Below, one piece after another: positions 19,501 through 30,242 of a stretch of 64,000 bases of DNA. The position numbers and the translations under genes are program-made. The stretch is from IMG/VR virus record IMGVR_UViG_3300050343_000163, one strand, 5' to 3'. Each line of letters opens with the position of its first letter. Position 1 is the first letter of the stretch. This DNA comes from a virus. The notes under the pieces are model-generated. The model was not told the origin of the DNA and ran no database searches. It saw nothing but the letters and a program-made list of their open reading frames with translations.

Positions 19501-21891
19501 AGTGACATTAACTCCAATGTTACCACTTGCGTCTTCTGTTACTTGGTCTCCAATATTAATACCAGTCGTGTCTGCAAGAGTTGCAGTAAACTGTCCTTGG
19601 ACACAACTACAAGCAAGAGGACCAGTTGTAGCTGGTGTAATATCACCACCAGTAAATGAAATATTTGTAATATCTCCAGCTAACTCTTCTAGTGTATCGC
19701 TACTAGTAATTGTTGTACCAGCAATAGTTTGAATTGCAGTAATCTTTTGAACGTCTTTAACCGTTACTGGATAACTGATAGGTTGAGTTAGGTCACCAGC
19801 ATTTGCTGTAAACTCATCATCTGCAGAGTAACCGTTACCTACGTTAACTAAAGTGAAACTTCCTACTTCGCCAAGAGTGTCAATTGTGTAACTAAAATCG
19901 TCCGCTGGGTCGCCAAATGCAGGAACAAAATTAACAACAGTCGGTCCAAGTGCAGTTGGAGCATCTGATAATGTAACAGTGGTAGCACTATCAACGTTAG
20001 CAATAGTTGTGTCTGCTGTTAATACACCTGTACCACTTACTTTTTCTACTTTATATCCAATAGAAAGTCCTGTTGTATCTGCAAGAGTAAGTTCGTTTGG
20101 ATTTGAAGTAGAGAACGTTACATTTGCTGCACCAGCTACAATTGGATTTGAAGACAGTGTTAATTGTGTTCCACTATCAATAGATACGATTGTGGTTGCC
20201 TGATCAAGTTGTCCAACGTCTCCAGCAGCTCCATTTGCGTTTAGTCCTGCTTGTAAACTAGATGTATCTGAAATAGTAATCTGAGCACTGCCTGTGCTTA
20301 GAGTTGCAGAGAATGCTGCAGATTCGCCAGGTAAGTATACAGATTGATTTGCAATTTGTGCAGGTAGTCTTAGTACATCACCAACTTGATATCCAGATCC
20401 TCTGTCATTTAGAATAAAATTAGTAAGATCACCAGGAACATTGGTAACTGTAAATTGGAACCCAGATCCACCACCATTTCCTACAGTAGAATCAGCTACG
20501 CTAAGTACATCTGTATTTTGGTAACCAGCACCACTATCAGTAATTGTTACACTAGTAACTGTACCTGTATTAACAACGTTGTTAACTGTGTAAAGGAATC
20601 CAGATCCTGTTCCGCCAATATTTACAAATGCTAATTGTAGTCTATCTCCATTTTTATATGTGATACCTGGATTAGTCCAAGTAACATCACTCACTATGCC
20701 TCCTGAAACAGTGACATCAGCAAAACCTTGCCATCCATAGTAAGTATAAGTTGATGTGTCTTGTAGGGTAATATTACCGCCTGCAGGACCCATTCCAGGA
20801 TGGTTTGCACAATCATAACGAACAATTTGAGTACCTGTATTACAATCAGGTTTCATTACAACATCAGTAAAGCATCCTGCCTGACCATGAACACCAGCAG
20901 TAAACCATTCAAACTTATCTCGGAAGTCAATACCGTTGCCATTAGCAAGTTGGAAAGTTAATCTATGATCACTTCCTGCTTGTCCTGGATTAGCTCCTGC
21001 TATTGATGCGTCAGAAAGATCAAACCTATACGTGTTACCAACATCTAATGTCAGTTGAGGTTTATCTGCTCCATCAATGTTGTAGATAAAGTTTGGTTCA
21101 CCTGCTTGTCCCGCATTGGGGTTAGCTACAGAAGTAACAACAAATGTTTGAACTGGTTCGTTGAAGAAAGATGATTGAGAATACACTGCGTCAGTGTATC
21201 CAGAACCAGCATTGGTAATAGTACCAGATGGTGTTGATGATCCATCAATTTCAATGGTAGCTTCTGCTCCAGATCCATTCCCTCCTGTAAGAGGTACTGC
21301 AGTATAAGTTCCTGGAAAATAAGCAGAACCAGCAGTTGTAAGAGTACCTTCAAGAGCAGTAATCGTGAAACTAGCAGTTGCTCCAGTTCCATTGCCTCCA
21401 CCAAGAGGAATTGTTAAATAATCGCCAGGTGTATAACCAGTTCCAGCATTTGTAATAGAACCATCAAATGATAGAACTTCAATGTCTGCAGTAGCGTTTT
21501 GTCCAGTACCACCAATTAAAGGAACTTCTGTATATGTACCAGTATCATATCCACTACCACCACTAACTAAAGTAACTAGCGATTGTGCTAGTTTTCTTTG
21601 CTGAATATTAAAATCTTGATATGCTGTAAGTTCTGATAACTTATAGTCAATAATTTTCTTACCACTATTGACAAACCCTAGAGTTTTTATACCAGCTTTG
21701 TAGATACCTAATTGTGTATCTGTACTAAACTTAAGTGAAGGATCGCCAACTAGACCGTCTCCTAGTTGTAAGTTACCTGTTGATAGATCACTACCACCAG
21801 ATGTGACGTTGAAAAGAGCTGTGCTAAGTTGATTGATCTTTTGCCTTTGAGACTCAAAGGTATCAGTCTTAGCTACGTTAATTGCTGGCAT
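16504..21891 (-). CDS. Large baseplate/tail-fibre connector-like structural protein (1795 aa)
   Basis: MPAINVAKTDTFESQRQKIN start, many xGSGYT repeats, two GSIRYNT...FEGY...W.SLGG.RD.D.NTYI fibre motifs, two cupredoxin-like segments. Confidence 0.8.
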   Translation of the reverse strand: MPAINVAKTDTFESQRQKINQLSTALFNVTSGGSDLSTGNLQLGDGLVGDPSLKFSTDTQLGIYKAGIKTLGFVNSGKKIIDYKLSELTAYQDFNIQQRKLAQSLVTLVSGGSGYDTGTYTEVPLIGGTGQNATADIEVLSFDGSITNAGTGYTPGDYLTIPLGGGNGTGATASFTITALEGTLTTAGSAYFPGTYTAVPLTGGNGSGAEATIEIDGSSTPSGTITNAGSGYTDAVYSQSSFFNEPVQTFVVTSVANPNAGQAGEPNFIYNIDGADKPQLTLDVGNTYRFDLSDASIAGANPGQAGSDHRLTFQLANGNGIDFRDKFEWFTAGVHGQAGCFTDVVMKPDCNTGTQIVRYDCANHPGMGPAGGNITLQDTSTYTYYGWQGFADVTVSGGIVSDVTWTNPGITYKNGDRLQLAFVNIGGTGSGFLYTVNNVVNTGTVTSVTITDSGAGYQNTDVLSVADSTVGNGGGSGFQFTVTNVPGDLTNFILNDRGSGYQVGDVLRLPAQIANQSVYLPGESAAFSATLSTGSAQITISDTSSLQAGLNANGAAGDVGQLDQATTIVSIDSGTQLTLSSNPIVAGAANVTFSTSNPNELTLADTTGLSIGYKVEKVSGTGVLTADTTIANVDSATTVTLSDAPTALGPTVVNFVPAFGDPADDFSYTIDTLGEVGSFTLVNVGNGYSADDEFTANAGDLTQPISYPVTVKDVQKITAIQTIAGTTITSSDTLEELAGDITNISFTGGDITPATTGPLACSCVQGQFTATLADTTGINIGDQVTEDASGNIGVNVTVASVDSATQVTLSAAFLQTASINLTFTSDEQGSFTGVASTSAGGGSGATFDVERSTNGLIIGVTLNAAGLGYSNSDTLTIAGNLIGGATPADDITITADTVNVATPVTIVDIALDGSGNISTILIEVDQATLFTSGNTFVKTGAAGTQYTVDTASVLEFRFLIDVGSGPQITPSWTIYVGNTYRFDLSDNSVSGHQFALSEFRDGPYAPSLVENVSTTLDVASYTLTVASTTGIVEGMLVSTVSGAGVLASDTRVVSIDSATQVTVSLLPTTAGAVVVNFSGVEYTDGVEKGNDYLDLTVTSVTPNLYYFCNSGIGHENEGGEDNQEALITIDPNNPKVFGSGLILRATDISSVNIVTMEVLTGEVTVADIKATEGTIDTLSAPDVSSTTVAATTSVTTPLITSDAALTLTGTSVESTADFTVGGLTVTQADGNVLTSGELKTTDKLNINDKITIENNVISTDAGSDLVLTAPTGKVTKVTGFGSINIPAGTSAQRPGASAAENGSIRYNTDSNQYEGYSASSSSWSSLGGIRDLDGNTYITAELSIGSNDNTLWFYNDGSNTVKFTPNELEFRTNKTIKSANTSAPAFTDWIANAPVLVGAYLKHKNNLYEVTVAGNTATSGNEPTHTSGAVTNGSCTLTFWGLAVGPLTFVDVEEIRLDPLGSSPLVINGDLRLRDNIISTDLNDITLQPNSGKKIVCNTNTSLALPSGSDADRGSVIQGGVRFNTTAGQFEGYDGTNWGSLGGVKDVDQNTYIIPETAPGANENILYFYNDGTNTMRLTASALEFYSVDTIISSTSSEFEITASLMTFDNAETTLDNTQTDRTFLHTSKQYFDLGLSGGLSVDPVLRLDNQGDVYFNTSFGTGNFTGVKVFDGDLKEFELADTKILTEKVTLTKGSANSSGSDIYDAQAAVGAKTVVVAENLNNNDREFFEFGIIDNGTDIFHTEYGNVRTGQQLIVPTFERTSGNFARINFTVGSDLTTGHQIEITIVSTITKK

Positions 21892-22084
21892 TTTTTATTA
21901 ATCCGTGCAGTAGTGATTTGAGTTCAGAGACTTCATTCTTCAATGTATTTATGTCGTCCAATGCGGAACTTAACTGCATAGATTTCCTTCTTGCAGCTAT
22001 AGCAGAATCGTCCAAATTCAAGATGGCACCAGTGTTTTGGTCTCTTACGAGACCATCATGTCCATCAACTTTTACAAAGTCCAT
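21878..22084 (-). CDS. Small conserved cyanomyovirus protein
   Basis: MDFVKVDGHDGLVRDQNTGAILN plus a C-terminal coiled coil. A similar gene is recalled after vrlC-like genes in these phages. Confidence 0.8.
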   Translation of the reverse strand: MDFVKVDGHDGLVRDQNTGAILNLDDSAIAARRKSMQLSSALDDINTLKNEVSELKSLLHGLIKNASN

Positions 22085-22093
22085 ATGCGGAAA

Positions 22094-25000
22094 TTAGAAT
22101 GCAGCAACTGCACGGATGTCTTGGATCTTAGGTACATATGCTGGATCCACACCTTTCATTACAATTTTGATTGCAAACGATGAATATTCTGGTAAATTTG
22201 ATGCAGTATATTTAAGATCTTGATATGCAGATTGCTTCTCTACAATTCCAGAAATTGTGTTTTCACTAGTTGCAATTTCGTATGTGTCTGGTTCTCCTTT
22301 TTTATTAAAGTAGATCCAATCAATATCGTCAAAGTTTTCTTGACTTGATGCTTTCTTAAACTTATAGAATACTTCTAAGTTTGAAATATCTTTGACGTTT
22401 GCAAGTAGATGTACATCAATTGCAGTAGCTGGACTTGTAATGGAAACTTCTTTGGTTATATACTTAGCAACAGCAGATCCATTCTTAGATGTATCTTCAC
22501 CAACAAAGTCTAAACCATTTGTATACATTACTTTACCAACCTCAAGATATGACTTCTCTTCATCTGGTTGATTAGGATACTTAACAAAGTCTCCTACACG
22601 GAAGATATCAGCAATTTGATCTGCAACAACAGCATTTCTATTATATAAAGCACTATCAATAATTCTATCTGTGAAGTTATTATTGATAGGATTCGCATCA
22701 ACTCTTAAAGTTAACTTTTGTGTTTGACTATTCCAGATAGTAGCTTTACCAGTGATAATATTATCATATGTCTCTAACATAACAGATGGATTGCGTGCTA
22801 CGATAGTTGCAGCATCTGCAATAGTTGTTAGAACTTGAGTTGGATTTGAATCTACTGTAACTGCACTAAGACCTAATTGATTTCCTAGAGTTACAGTTTC
22901 TCCTTTCTGGAAGAATTGACTTGTCTTAACTCTTACGTATACAACTTGACCGACAACTCTAGCAATAGTTCCTACTGCTTTGGTAGTAGATCCTTTGATT
23001 GTCTGGTTATCTTGTAGATCAGTACCACCATTACCCGCAAGATTAAATTGATAAACTGGATAGAATTCAATAACTTGATCTCTTCTTCCAAATCTATCTT
23101 CTTGTCCAGTAGCATTTTCAATTCTATTTGATACTGTTTTAACAGTAGCACTAGAGAGATCAATAATTGGACTCAAATGAGACACAGTAGACGATAGAGT
23201 CATCTTATATGTAAGTGACCGAGATAGATTGTTTAAAGTTTCATTAATATTAGATGCAATAAACTTCTGATTAGTGAAGTAATGTGGTTCATTCAAGAAA
23301 GTCTTTTCATAATCAGGTTGTGAATATGAAGTATAGTTAGTTGTAGTAGAGTCTACTGGAACAACATCAGTTGTTTTAACTTCTGTTGATAAAGTAGTTC
23401 CAGTAAATGATAGATAAGAAACTTGTGGATATAGAGTTTCATACTTTCTGTTTGTAGATGCATATACTGCAGATCCACCACCAATAGAATTACCAGCAGC
23501 TTGAGAACTAGAAATAATATTATATGAATCAATACCAGAATTACTTACTTGGAATAATGTGCTATTTAAAACTGATGATGTAATACCACCTGTTTCTAAT
23601 GCAGTCCTATAGAAAACATAAGAACCACCAGTATCTTCAAAACTGTGATCTCTATGATTTACTTTAACAATAGAATTATTATTCTTGAATAACTTAGAAC
23701 TGGAGTTGGTATTAGCACTTGCGTTTGTCTCGAATGGATTTTGATCTAGAAGTTCATAACCAAGACCTTTATTCTTAACTAGAAGTTCTGCTGGTCTAGT
23801 TGTATCAAACTGAGCACGATACATAGTGAACTTAAGATCCTCGAAGATATCTTCAGTCCAACTTTCGGTATTCTGGGAACGGTATACCGAACCTAGAGAT
23901 GGTTGAGTTGTAATAACCGTACTTGTAGCAATATCAGTATCACCAAGTTTAGAAGACCATAGTTCATAATCAATCGAATCTGTTTCAACAATAAGAGCAT
24001 ACTCTGTATTATTTTGTAGATATACAGGATAATCAAATGCAAAGTGTGTAGGTGTGGTAGATTGAGTTACTCCTGTTTGATCAGTAGCTACACCCATTCT
24101 AACTGCAGGTGTGTCAATCTCGATGAATGTCTGAATTTCACATCCTCCAGCACCATTACCAACACCTTTAATAACAACAGAAGGTGCTTCTGTATATCCA
24201 AAACCAGATAGCGAAATCTCAGTATTGTAAATCTTACCACCTGATACTTCGATTCTTGCAGTAGCAGTAGAACCACCAGGTAATTGTGGACTCTCAATAG
24301 TTAGAATTGCACTGTCATAGTTAAGACCAGTATTTGTAACTCTAATATCAGATAACTTACCACTATCTTTTGCAATAGCAAGAACAAAGTCTGTTGCATT
24401 TGTTGCATTTGCAAGAGTTACAGACGGAATAGTTAGGTCTTCATTAGGACGGAAAGATTTTCCATTGTGGTTGCTTAGAACTACAGTATAAACTTGCTCA
24501 TTGGTGAGACTATATTTACCAGATGCAGTAGCTACTAGTTCTACATTATTCTTATCAAAGATCTTGAGGATAGGACCAGAAGCAGCAGAAGATGCACCAG
24601 TTACATTTTCTCCTTGGGTAACTGACATATTTCCACTAGCAAAACACTTGATAAAAGTATTTGGAGATAAGGTTTTTTCAGAACCAGGAATAATATTCTT
24701 GGCAGGTTTCTCTGCATCTACATTGGTGATGTAAGTCTTAACAGGAATATTTGTACTCTTCTTACTGAAATATAAATCTAGACCAGTTACGAAACATCCA
24801 CCATCTAAATTTTCAATTTTAAATGTTTGAGCTAGTGGATTTGGTCTAATAGGATTGTCAGTGTTACTTTCAATAAACTGAACACCCTCATTAGATTTAA
24901 AGATTGATGGTTTTGTAGATACAATACTAGAGGGATTTTCTGGTAAAATACCAGTAGCATAATACTTAATTTCTGTATAAGAATCTACACCAAGTTTTGA

Positions 25001-28000
25001 TTCATTAGTTGCACTAGAAGTAAATCTAAATGTTAGTTCACCAGTAGTGAAGTTTAATTCTTCTGCATCTTCATCATAAGATACAGTATCAACATCTCCA
25101 GACCATGTAGCATTTTGTGTTGGAGGATTGCCAGCAGGAATAATAATCAAACCAGATGCATTACCATATTCATCTGTAGTAATTGTTCCATTAAATGCAG
25201 ATAGTGAGTTACCAGCAATGCCAGTATATCTCAAATCAGGATTGACCCAACGACTAATATCTCTTCCTTCTAAGAACACATAGATTTTAGTGTTGGGTTT
25301 CATTCTACCAATTTTAAATTTAACAGGAAGACTTCTAGTATAGAAAGCTAAAGATGTAGAAACAATGTTATCACCAACAATTTTAGTCTGTACACCTTTT
25401 CCTACCTCATTATTTTGAGGACTAATATTAGAAGAACTACCAACCGATGCTGATGTTACAGAAGTAGATGCAATTTGAGAATTAACACCACCTAAAGAAT
25501 TAATTGATGTAAATGTCGAAGATGCTCCAACCCAATTGACTACAAAAGAATTAAAGAGACTGGAGAAACTCTCTTTTACATTTTCTTTAGCTAGGAAAAT
25601 ATTAAAGAGATCTGTGTTTGTATCAACAACTACAGGTTCTTCTGTTTGATCATACCATTGATCAATAGCAGGAGAAAGATCACTATCACCAACATATTGA
25701 AGAACAACAAATGGATTTGGATTTAATTTTCCAGAAGCAAAACTATTTCCTAATAGAGATAGTGGAGAGTATGGTAGAGTTACCATATTACCAATTTTCT
25801 TATAACCAGAAACAGTTCTTTGATCTTCTCTAGTATTAACTTCTACGAGATTAATAGAATCTTCTTTTGCTTGTGGACGTAAGACACTTTGCTGACTGTC
25901 TACTGCACATCTGTAATCAAGAGAAGATAGATTGCCAACTCTATGTGCTTCAAAATTATCGACAAAGAATCCAGACTTAAATCTATCAAGTCCAATCTCA
26001 TCCTTAACTTGCATGTTAAGAGCTTGCTGTTCTAAGATGCTGAGTGTAGTATAATACTCAAGACGCTCAATACGCTTCTCCAATTTACCAATGTCACGCA
26101 TTGTGTAACGACGGTTATCAACTGGAGTAATCCTTACATCCTTACTGGTCTTTGTGAATGCAGGAATATGTGCATAGAAAAGAGGCACAGCATCTTCAAT
26201 AGGATCTGGTTTGGATGGGTTGAGTGAAGAGTTACCTTCTTTGATGATAAAGTTTCCATTCTGATCTAAGAAGATACCATCAATACGATCCAAGTATTGT
26301 TTCTGACTGAAAGAGAATGTAAACTCTAGATTTATATCAGGAGCAGGACTACTTGCAATAATAGCACCAGAACCAGCAAAGGATCCTTGAGTTCGTTCTA
26401 ATATTGCAGTATCAAGGAAACCAGGAATAATAGCAGTGGTATCTACTTTTGGTCTAAAATCAATAACATTTTTGAGTTCTGTAATACCAAGAACTGAAGA
26501 ATTGAAGGAAGGAACTTCATCTTCAGCAACACCTGCATCATGCAGATAGCTATCGATTGTACAGAAATCACCTTGTGAATGCTCAAAGTAATCAAAAGCA
26601 ATTACAAGTTGACCAGTTGTTTCTTCAAAACCAGGTTTTAGAACAATACGAGAAACATCATAGATTGTATCTCTCTGACCATCATCAAATGTATATCTTG
26701 ATGTAACATCAGTACCAGAAATTAGATTACCAGCAGTATCAATCTGCGGTGGTTGAGAAGAAGTTCCCTCATAAACATATCTAAGTTTAAATGCATCAGA
26801 GTATGATAGAATTTCTACAACTTCTGTATCATAGTCTGTTCCTCTTAGAGGTACAACACGGTCACCAGCAGATGTAACTGTAATTCTCTTATTTCTAACT
26901 ACAGTCTTAAGTCTTGGTTTTGCGTTAGATACTTCTAAAGTTGCAGTCAACTTAAGTTTAGGGAATGTTCCATTAGCAGGAATAGTACCAAAGTATGTTG
27001 TTGGTAACTGTAAACTAATACTACCAGAAGTAAGACCACTGGATGTATCAGTAGAAGAAGTAATCTCTACATCATCTTCTTCTAAAAAGATAATATCACC
27101 CTTAACAATATCAGGTGCATCACCAGGATCAATAACAGTAATAATTAAATTTTCTTCACTGAATGCAGCAAACCTTTGTGTTCCAAATGGTAATTGTGCA
27201 GCAAAAGTAATAACACCACCACCAGAAGATGCAGTAGTTACAAAATCTCTACGGAAGAAATATTTGATCTTGGTGTCATCGCCACCAGCAGAAACTTGAG
27301 AAATTTGCTTGCTTCCAGTAGAAAACAGAAGTGTGCCACTTGTAGAATTGTCTACCTTTGGACGTAACCTTACAATACTTGCATTAGTAACAGAACCTGG
27401 TAAAGCTGTGTCTAGATAAATTCTAGATTTATATGCTCCCTCTTGTTGTGTAGCAAATTGTACAATTGCACGAACTAAGTTGTTGTCATCGTCAGAGAAT
27501 TGAATTAGATCTCCTTGTTGTACATCAGTAGATGCATCAGCACTAAAACTAGTAGACTCAACAAAAGTAGAACCCTGAGTACCAAAGAATGTATAATTTG
27601 TTACAGTTTTAATTTGTGAATACTTTTGACTGTTAATTACAACATCTGCAGAGAAACTATTTGCATTTCCTGAACCATAGGAACAACCAAGAGACTTGAC
27701 ATTCTGTGGAGTGTAAGTAGTTACTGTATCTCTATAAAGAACTGGAACAATAGCAGCAGCTGAATTTGGAGCTCCAGAAGCATCTGGATTCTTAGCTGTT
27801 ACAGCTGGTGGTTGTGCATACTCTACACCAACAGCAGATCTATTGCTAATCGCTGCTTTATAAATTTTTCCATCAACACTCTTTAATAATTCAATTTTAG
27901 AATTATCATATTCTAATCCATTAATTAAAAGTGTTACACCATCTGCATATCCTAAACCTCTATTCTGCACAACAAAATGTGAGATAGTATTTTCTTTAGC

Positions 28001-30181
28001 AATTCTTACAGTATTACCATCTTCATCTCTAATTGTTTCACCAGGTAAAAATCTACCAGATAATGTTGTTACAAACAGAATAGTTCCTGTAGTGTATACA
28101 CCTGAAGGTGTTCCTTCTACAACACCATAAGCTCCACTGTCTACACCAAAAACATACTTACCTTCATCATATCCAGCTGGAGTTGTCTCAATAATAATCT
28201 TGGTGAAGAATTGTGGGTCGAAATATGAAATTCCAAACGTTGTATTGTATGCATTAGTTCCAGCAGCTAAACGACCTTTGGAAAGAACAATATCAGAATC
28301 TGAATTAAAACCTGAACCTCTTTCTTTCAAGAAGAAATTATTGGGTTTTACTTTACCAATAATAGGAGTAATAGTGTTGCTGTAATCTACAATAAAACCA
28401 AATTCAGCACCTCCCGATGCAGCATCCCCTTCAGTTAAATAAATGTTTCTCTTCTGCTCGGTATCAGATAGATCATATTCTAATAGCAGTTGTTCTAATT
28501 CGTTTTTAGGACCAAATACAGTTAGTTCTAAGAACTGAACTGATTCGGATGCATTAATAAGTGGTTTGTTTGTAGTAGCAAATGAAAGAGTTTTAAATGA
28601 TCCAATAGCAGTTGGTGTACCTACATCACTTCTAGTTTTGATATAGAATAATTCACCAAACTGAGTTTGAAAAGTTGAATCAGTTACAGATCCAATAAGA
28701 GTAGTTGGACTTGTAATCTGTAAGGTGATAGTTTTAATACCATCATTTGCAGAGAAGAATTTTCCTCTCCTATCAATTGTTTGTCTATGATCTGTTGTAA
28801 GTTCTGTGTTATTAAGACCAATAGAACCGTCATTAAACGATGAATATAAAAATACATCAGGATATGCAGTAAGTTCAGATCCTTCTTTGTTTAAAGGAAC
28901 ACTACCATATACGTTTGTAATACAATAAGAAGGTAAACCTCTAGATTTTAGAGTTACATTATCAGAAGAAAGACTTTCTCTAGCTTTATTGATTTCTAGA
29001 TACTTAGTTTCTTTATTGACAATCTCATAACCTTTAATGTATGCTTTACCAGGACCTACACTAGCAATCATCTTTCTAGCAGATGTTCCAGCATCATATC
29101 CGTTGTATAGACCAAATTCGTCTACAGCATAGAAACCTTTGTTCTTATCCTTTTGTGCCCACTCTCTAATATCAACAGAGAAGTTGTCAACAACATAATT
29201 ACCAGATTCATCAAATGTTCTACGTGCTAGAGTTTGCTCTAGAACACTAAAGTCTGTAGATGAAACTTTGCTTTGTACTTGTCCTCTAGAAACAGTGAGG
29301 AGTTGAATGAAATTTTTATCAGTAATTGCATTTAGCGCAAACTCTTTTAACTGTAAAGAGATTTTTAATCTATGTGCGCCTGGTGCAGTATAGTTAGAAG
29401 AACCAATTGCATTATCATATAGAGATGCATCTTCCTCAGGAGTTACAATCTCTTCTTTAATTGTAAAACCAATTTTTGCAGATGGTTTATTATAATATTC
29501 ATCAATAACTAATAGTTCTTGATTACAACGAACAAAGTAACCATTAACAAAGTAAATACCTTCTTCTACTTTAACAGCAGAACCGTAACCCATTGCAGGA
29601 CTTTCTAAAGAAGTAGTCTCTTCTGTGTCTGGATTTGTTACTTGAATACTAGTTGGTAGAACACTACCATCTGTACCAACAACTAGAAGCGGTGTGTTAA
29701 CACCATCAACAACTTCTAGAGTTTCACCTTGGCGGAAGGTTGGCTCTGTGTTGGAACTACCACTATTAATGTAATTTACATATAATGTATCAGCGGAAGA
29801 TTCTGTTGCTAAAGTTGTTGCGAGAATAGTAGCTTTAACACCAGAAGTTAAACCAATTAGTTGTTGACCAATTAGTTGTGAAATATCATATTTCTTATAA
29901 ACAATATCGTCTCCTTCCGAGACCGCAACCTCAGAAACAGACGATAATTTTACGTAATCTAATTTTGTATTAAGACCTACTTCGCCAGGTATGACAAGTT
30001 CACCTTGTTTAAAGGCATACTTGCCAAAGCTTTCAACCTGATTCTGTAGAATAGATTGAACCTGCGTTAATTCTCTGCCTTGAATCGAATAACCTGGACG
30101 GAAAAGAATCTTATAGAAATTCTTGTTCGCATCAAAGTCTTCGTAGTAAGGACTTACATTAAGGTTCGTCTTTTGAGGCAT
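22094..30181 (-). CDS. vrlC: VrlC-like (DUF4815) large virion structural protein (2695 aa)
   Basis: MPQKTNLNVSPYYEDFD...FRPGYSIQGRELTQVQSILQNQ, DEIGLDRFKSGFFVDNF and PLAQTF motifs, ending P.IQDIRAVA. Confidence 0.85.
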   Translation of the reverse strand: MPQKTNLNVSPYYEDFDANKNFYKILFRPGYSIQGRELTQVQSILQNQVESFGKYAFKQGELVIPGEVGLNTKLDYVKLSSVSEVAVSEGDDIVYKKYDISQLIGQQLIGLTSGVKATILATTLATESSADTLYVNYINSGSSNTEPTFRQGETLEVVDGVNTPLLVVGTDGSVLPTSIQVTNPDTEETTSLESPAMGYGSAVKVEEGIYFVNGYFVRCNQELLVIDEYYNKPSAKIGFTIKEEIVTPEEDASLYDNAIGSSNYTAPGAHRLKISLQLKEFALNAITDKNFIQLLTVSRGQVQSKVSSTDFSVLEQTLARRTFDESGNYVVDNFSVDIREWAQKDKNKGFYAVDEFGLYNGYDAGTSARKMIASVGPGKAYIKGYEIVNKETKYLEINKARESLSSDNVTLKSRGLPSYCITNVYGSVPLNKEGSELTAYPDVFLYSSFNDGSIGLNNTELTTDHRQTIDRRGKFFSANDGIKTITLQITSPTTLIGSVTDSTFQTQFGELFYIKTRSDVGTPTAIGSFKTLSFATTNKPLINASESVQFLELTVFGPKNELEQLLLEYDLSDTEQKRNIYLTEGDAASGGAEFGFIVDYSNTITPIIGKVKPNNFFLKERGSGFNSDSDIVLSKGRLAAGTNAYNTTFGISYFDPQFFTKIIIETTPAGYDEGKYVFGVDSGAYGVVEGTPSGVYTTGTILFVTTLSGRFLPGETIRDEDGNTVRIAKENTISHFVVQNRGLGYADGVTLLINGLEYDNSKIELLKSVDGKIYKAAISNRSAVGVEYAQPPAVTAKNPDASGAPNSAAAIVPVLYRDTVTTYTPQNVKSLGCSYGSGNANSFSADVVINSQKYSQIKTVTNYTFFGTQGSTFVESTSFSADASTDVQQGDLIQFSDDDNNLVRAIVQFATQQEGAYKSRIYLDTALPGSVTNASIVRLRPKVDNSTSGTLLFSTGSKQISQVSAGGDDTKIKYFFRRDFVTTASSGGGVITFAAQLPFGTQRFAAFSEENLIITVIDPGDAPDIVKGDIIFLEEDDVEITSSTDTSSGLTSGSISLQLPTTYFGTIPANGTFPKLKLTATLEVSNAKPRLKTVVRNKRITVTSAGDRVVPLRGTDYDTEVVEILSYSDAFKLRYVYEGTSSQPPQIDTAGNLISGTDVTSRYTFDDGQRDTIYDVSRIVLKPGFEETTGQLVIAFDYFEHSQGDFCTIDSYLHDAGVAEDEVPSFNSSVLGITELKNVIDFRPKVDTTAIIPGFLDTAILERTQGSFAGSGAIIASSPAPDINLEFTFSFSQKQYLDRIDGIFLDQNGNFIIKEGNSSLNPSKPDPIEDAVPLFYAHIPAFTKTSKDVRITPVDNRRYTMRDIGKLEKRIERLEYYTTLSILEQQALNMQVKDEIGLDRFKSGFFVDNFEAHRVGNLSSLDYRCAVDSQQSVLRPQAKEDSINLVEVNTREDQRTVSGYKKIGNMVTLPYSPLSLLGNSFASGKLNPNPFVVLQYVGDSDLSPAIDQWYDQTEEPVVVDTNTDLFNIFLAKENVKESFSSLFNSFVVNWVGASSTFTSINSLGGVNSQIASTSVTSASVGSSSNISPQNNEVGKGVQTKIVGDNIVSTSLAFYTRSLPVKFKIGRMKPNTKIYVFLEGRDISRWVNPDLRYTGIAGNSLSAFNGTITTDEYGNASGLIIIPAGNPPTQNATWSGDVDTVSYDEDAEELNFTTGELTFRFTSSATNESKLGVDSYTEIKYYATGILPENPSSIVSTKPSIFKSNEGVQFIESNTDNPIRPNPLAQTFKIENLDGGCFVTGLDLYFSKKSTNIPVKTYITNVDAEKPAKNIIPGSEKTLSPNTFIKCFASGNMSVTQGENVTGASSAASGPILKIFDKNNVELVATASGKYSLTNEQVYTVVLSNHNGKSFRPNEDLTIPSVTLANATNATDFVLAIAKDSGKLSDIRVTNTGLNYDSAILTIESPQLPGGSTATARIEVSGGKIYNTEISLSGFGYTEAPSVVIKGVGNGAGGCEIQTFIEIDTPAVRMGVATDQTGVTQSTTPTHFAFDYPVYLQNNTEYALIVETDSIDYELWSSKLGDTDIATSTVITTQPSLGSVYRSQNTESWTEDIFEDLKFTMYRAQFDTTRPAELLVKNKGLGYELLDQNPFETNASANTNSSSKLFKNNNSIVKVNHRDHSFEDTGGSYVFYRTALETGGITSSVLNSTLFQVSNSGIDSYNIISSSQAAGNSIGGGSAVYASTNRKYETLYPQVSYLSFTGTTLSTEVKTTDVVPVDSTTTNYTSYSQPDYEKTFLNEPHYFTNQKFIASNINETLNNLSRSLTYKMTLSSTVSHLSPIIDLSSATVKTVSNRIENATGQEDRFGRRDQVIEFYPVYQFNLAGNGGTDLQDNQTIKGSTTKAVGTIARVVGQVVYVRVKTSQFFQKGETVTLGNQLGLSAVTVDSNPTQVLTTIADAATIVARNPSVMLETYDNIITGKATIWNSQTQKLTLRVDANPINNNFTDRIIDSALYNRNAVVADQIADIFRVGDFVKYPNQPDEEKSYLEVGKVMYTNGLDFVGEDTSKNGSAVAKYITKEVSITSPATAIDVHLLANVKDISNLEVFYKFKKASSQENFDDIDWIYFNKKGEPDTYEIATSENTISGIVEKQSAYQDLKYTASNLPEYSSFAIKIVMKGVDPAYVPKIQDIRAVAAF

Positions 30182-30216
30182 CGTACTCCGCCAATAATAC
30201 TAGTATTCTCGTTGAA

Positions 30217-30223
30217 GTATTTA
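30217..30223 (-). promoter_or_regulatory. Late promoter variant CTAAATA
   Basis: Plus strand tatttag in the gp8-vrlC intergenic gap (approximate coordinates). Confidence 0.55.
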
Positions 30224-30242
30224 GCGAAGTAACCAAAGAGTA

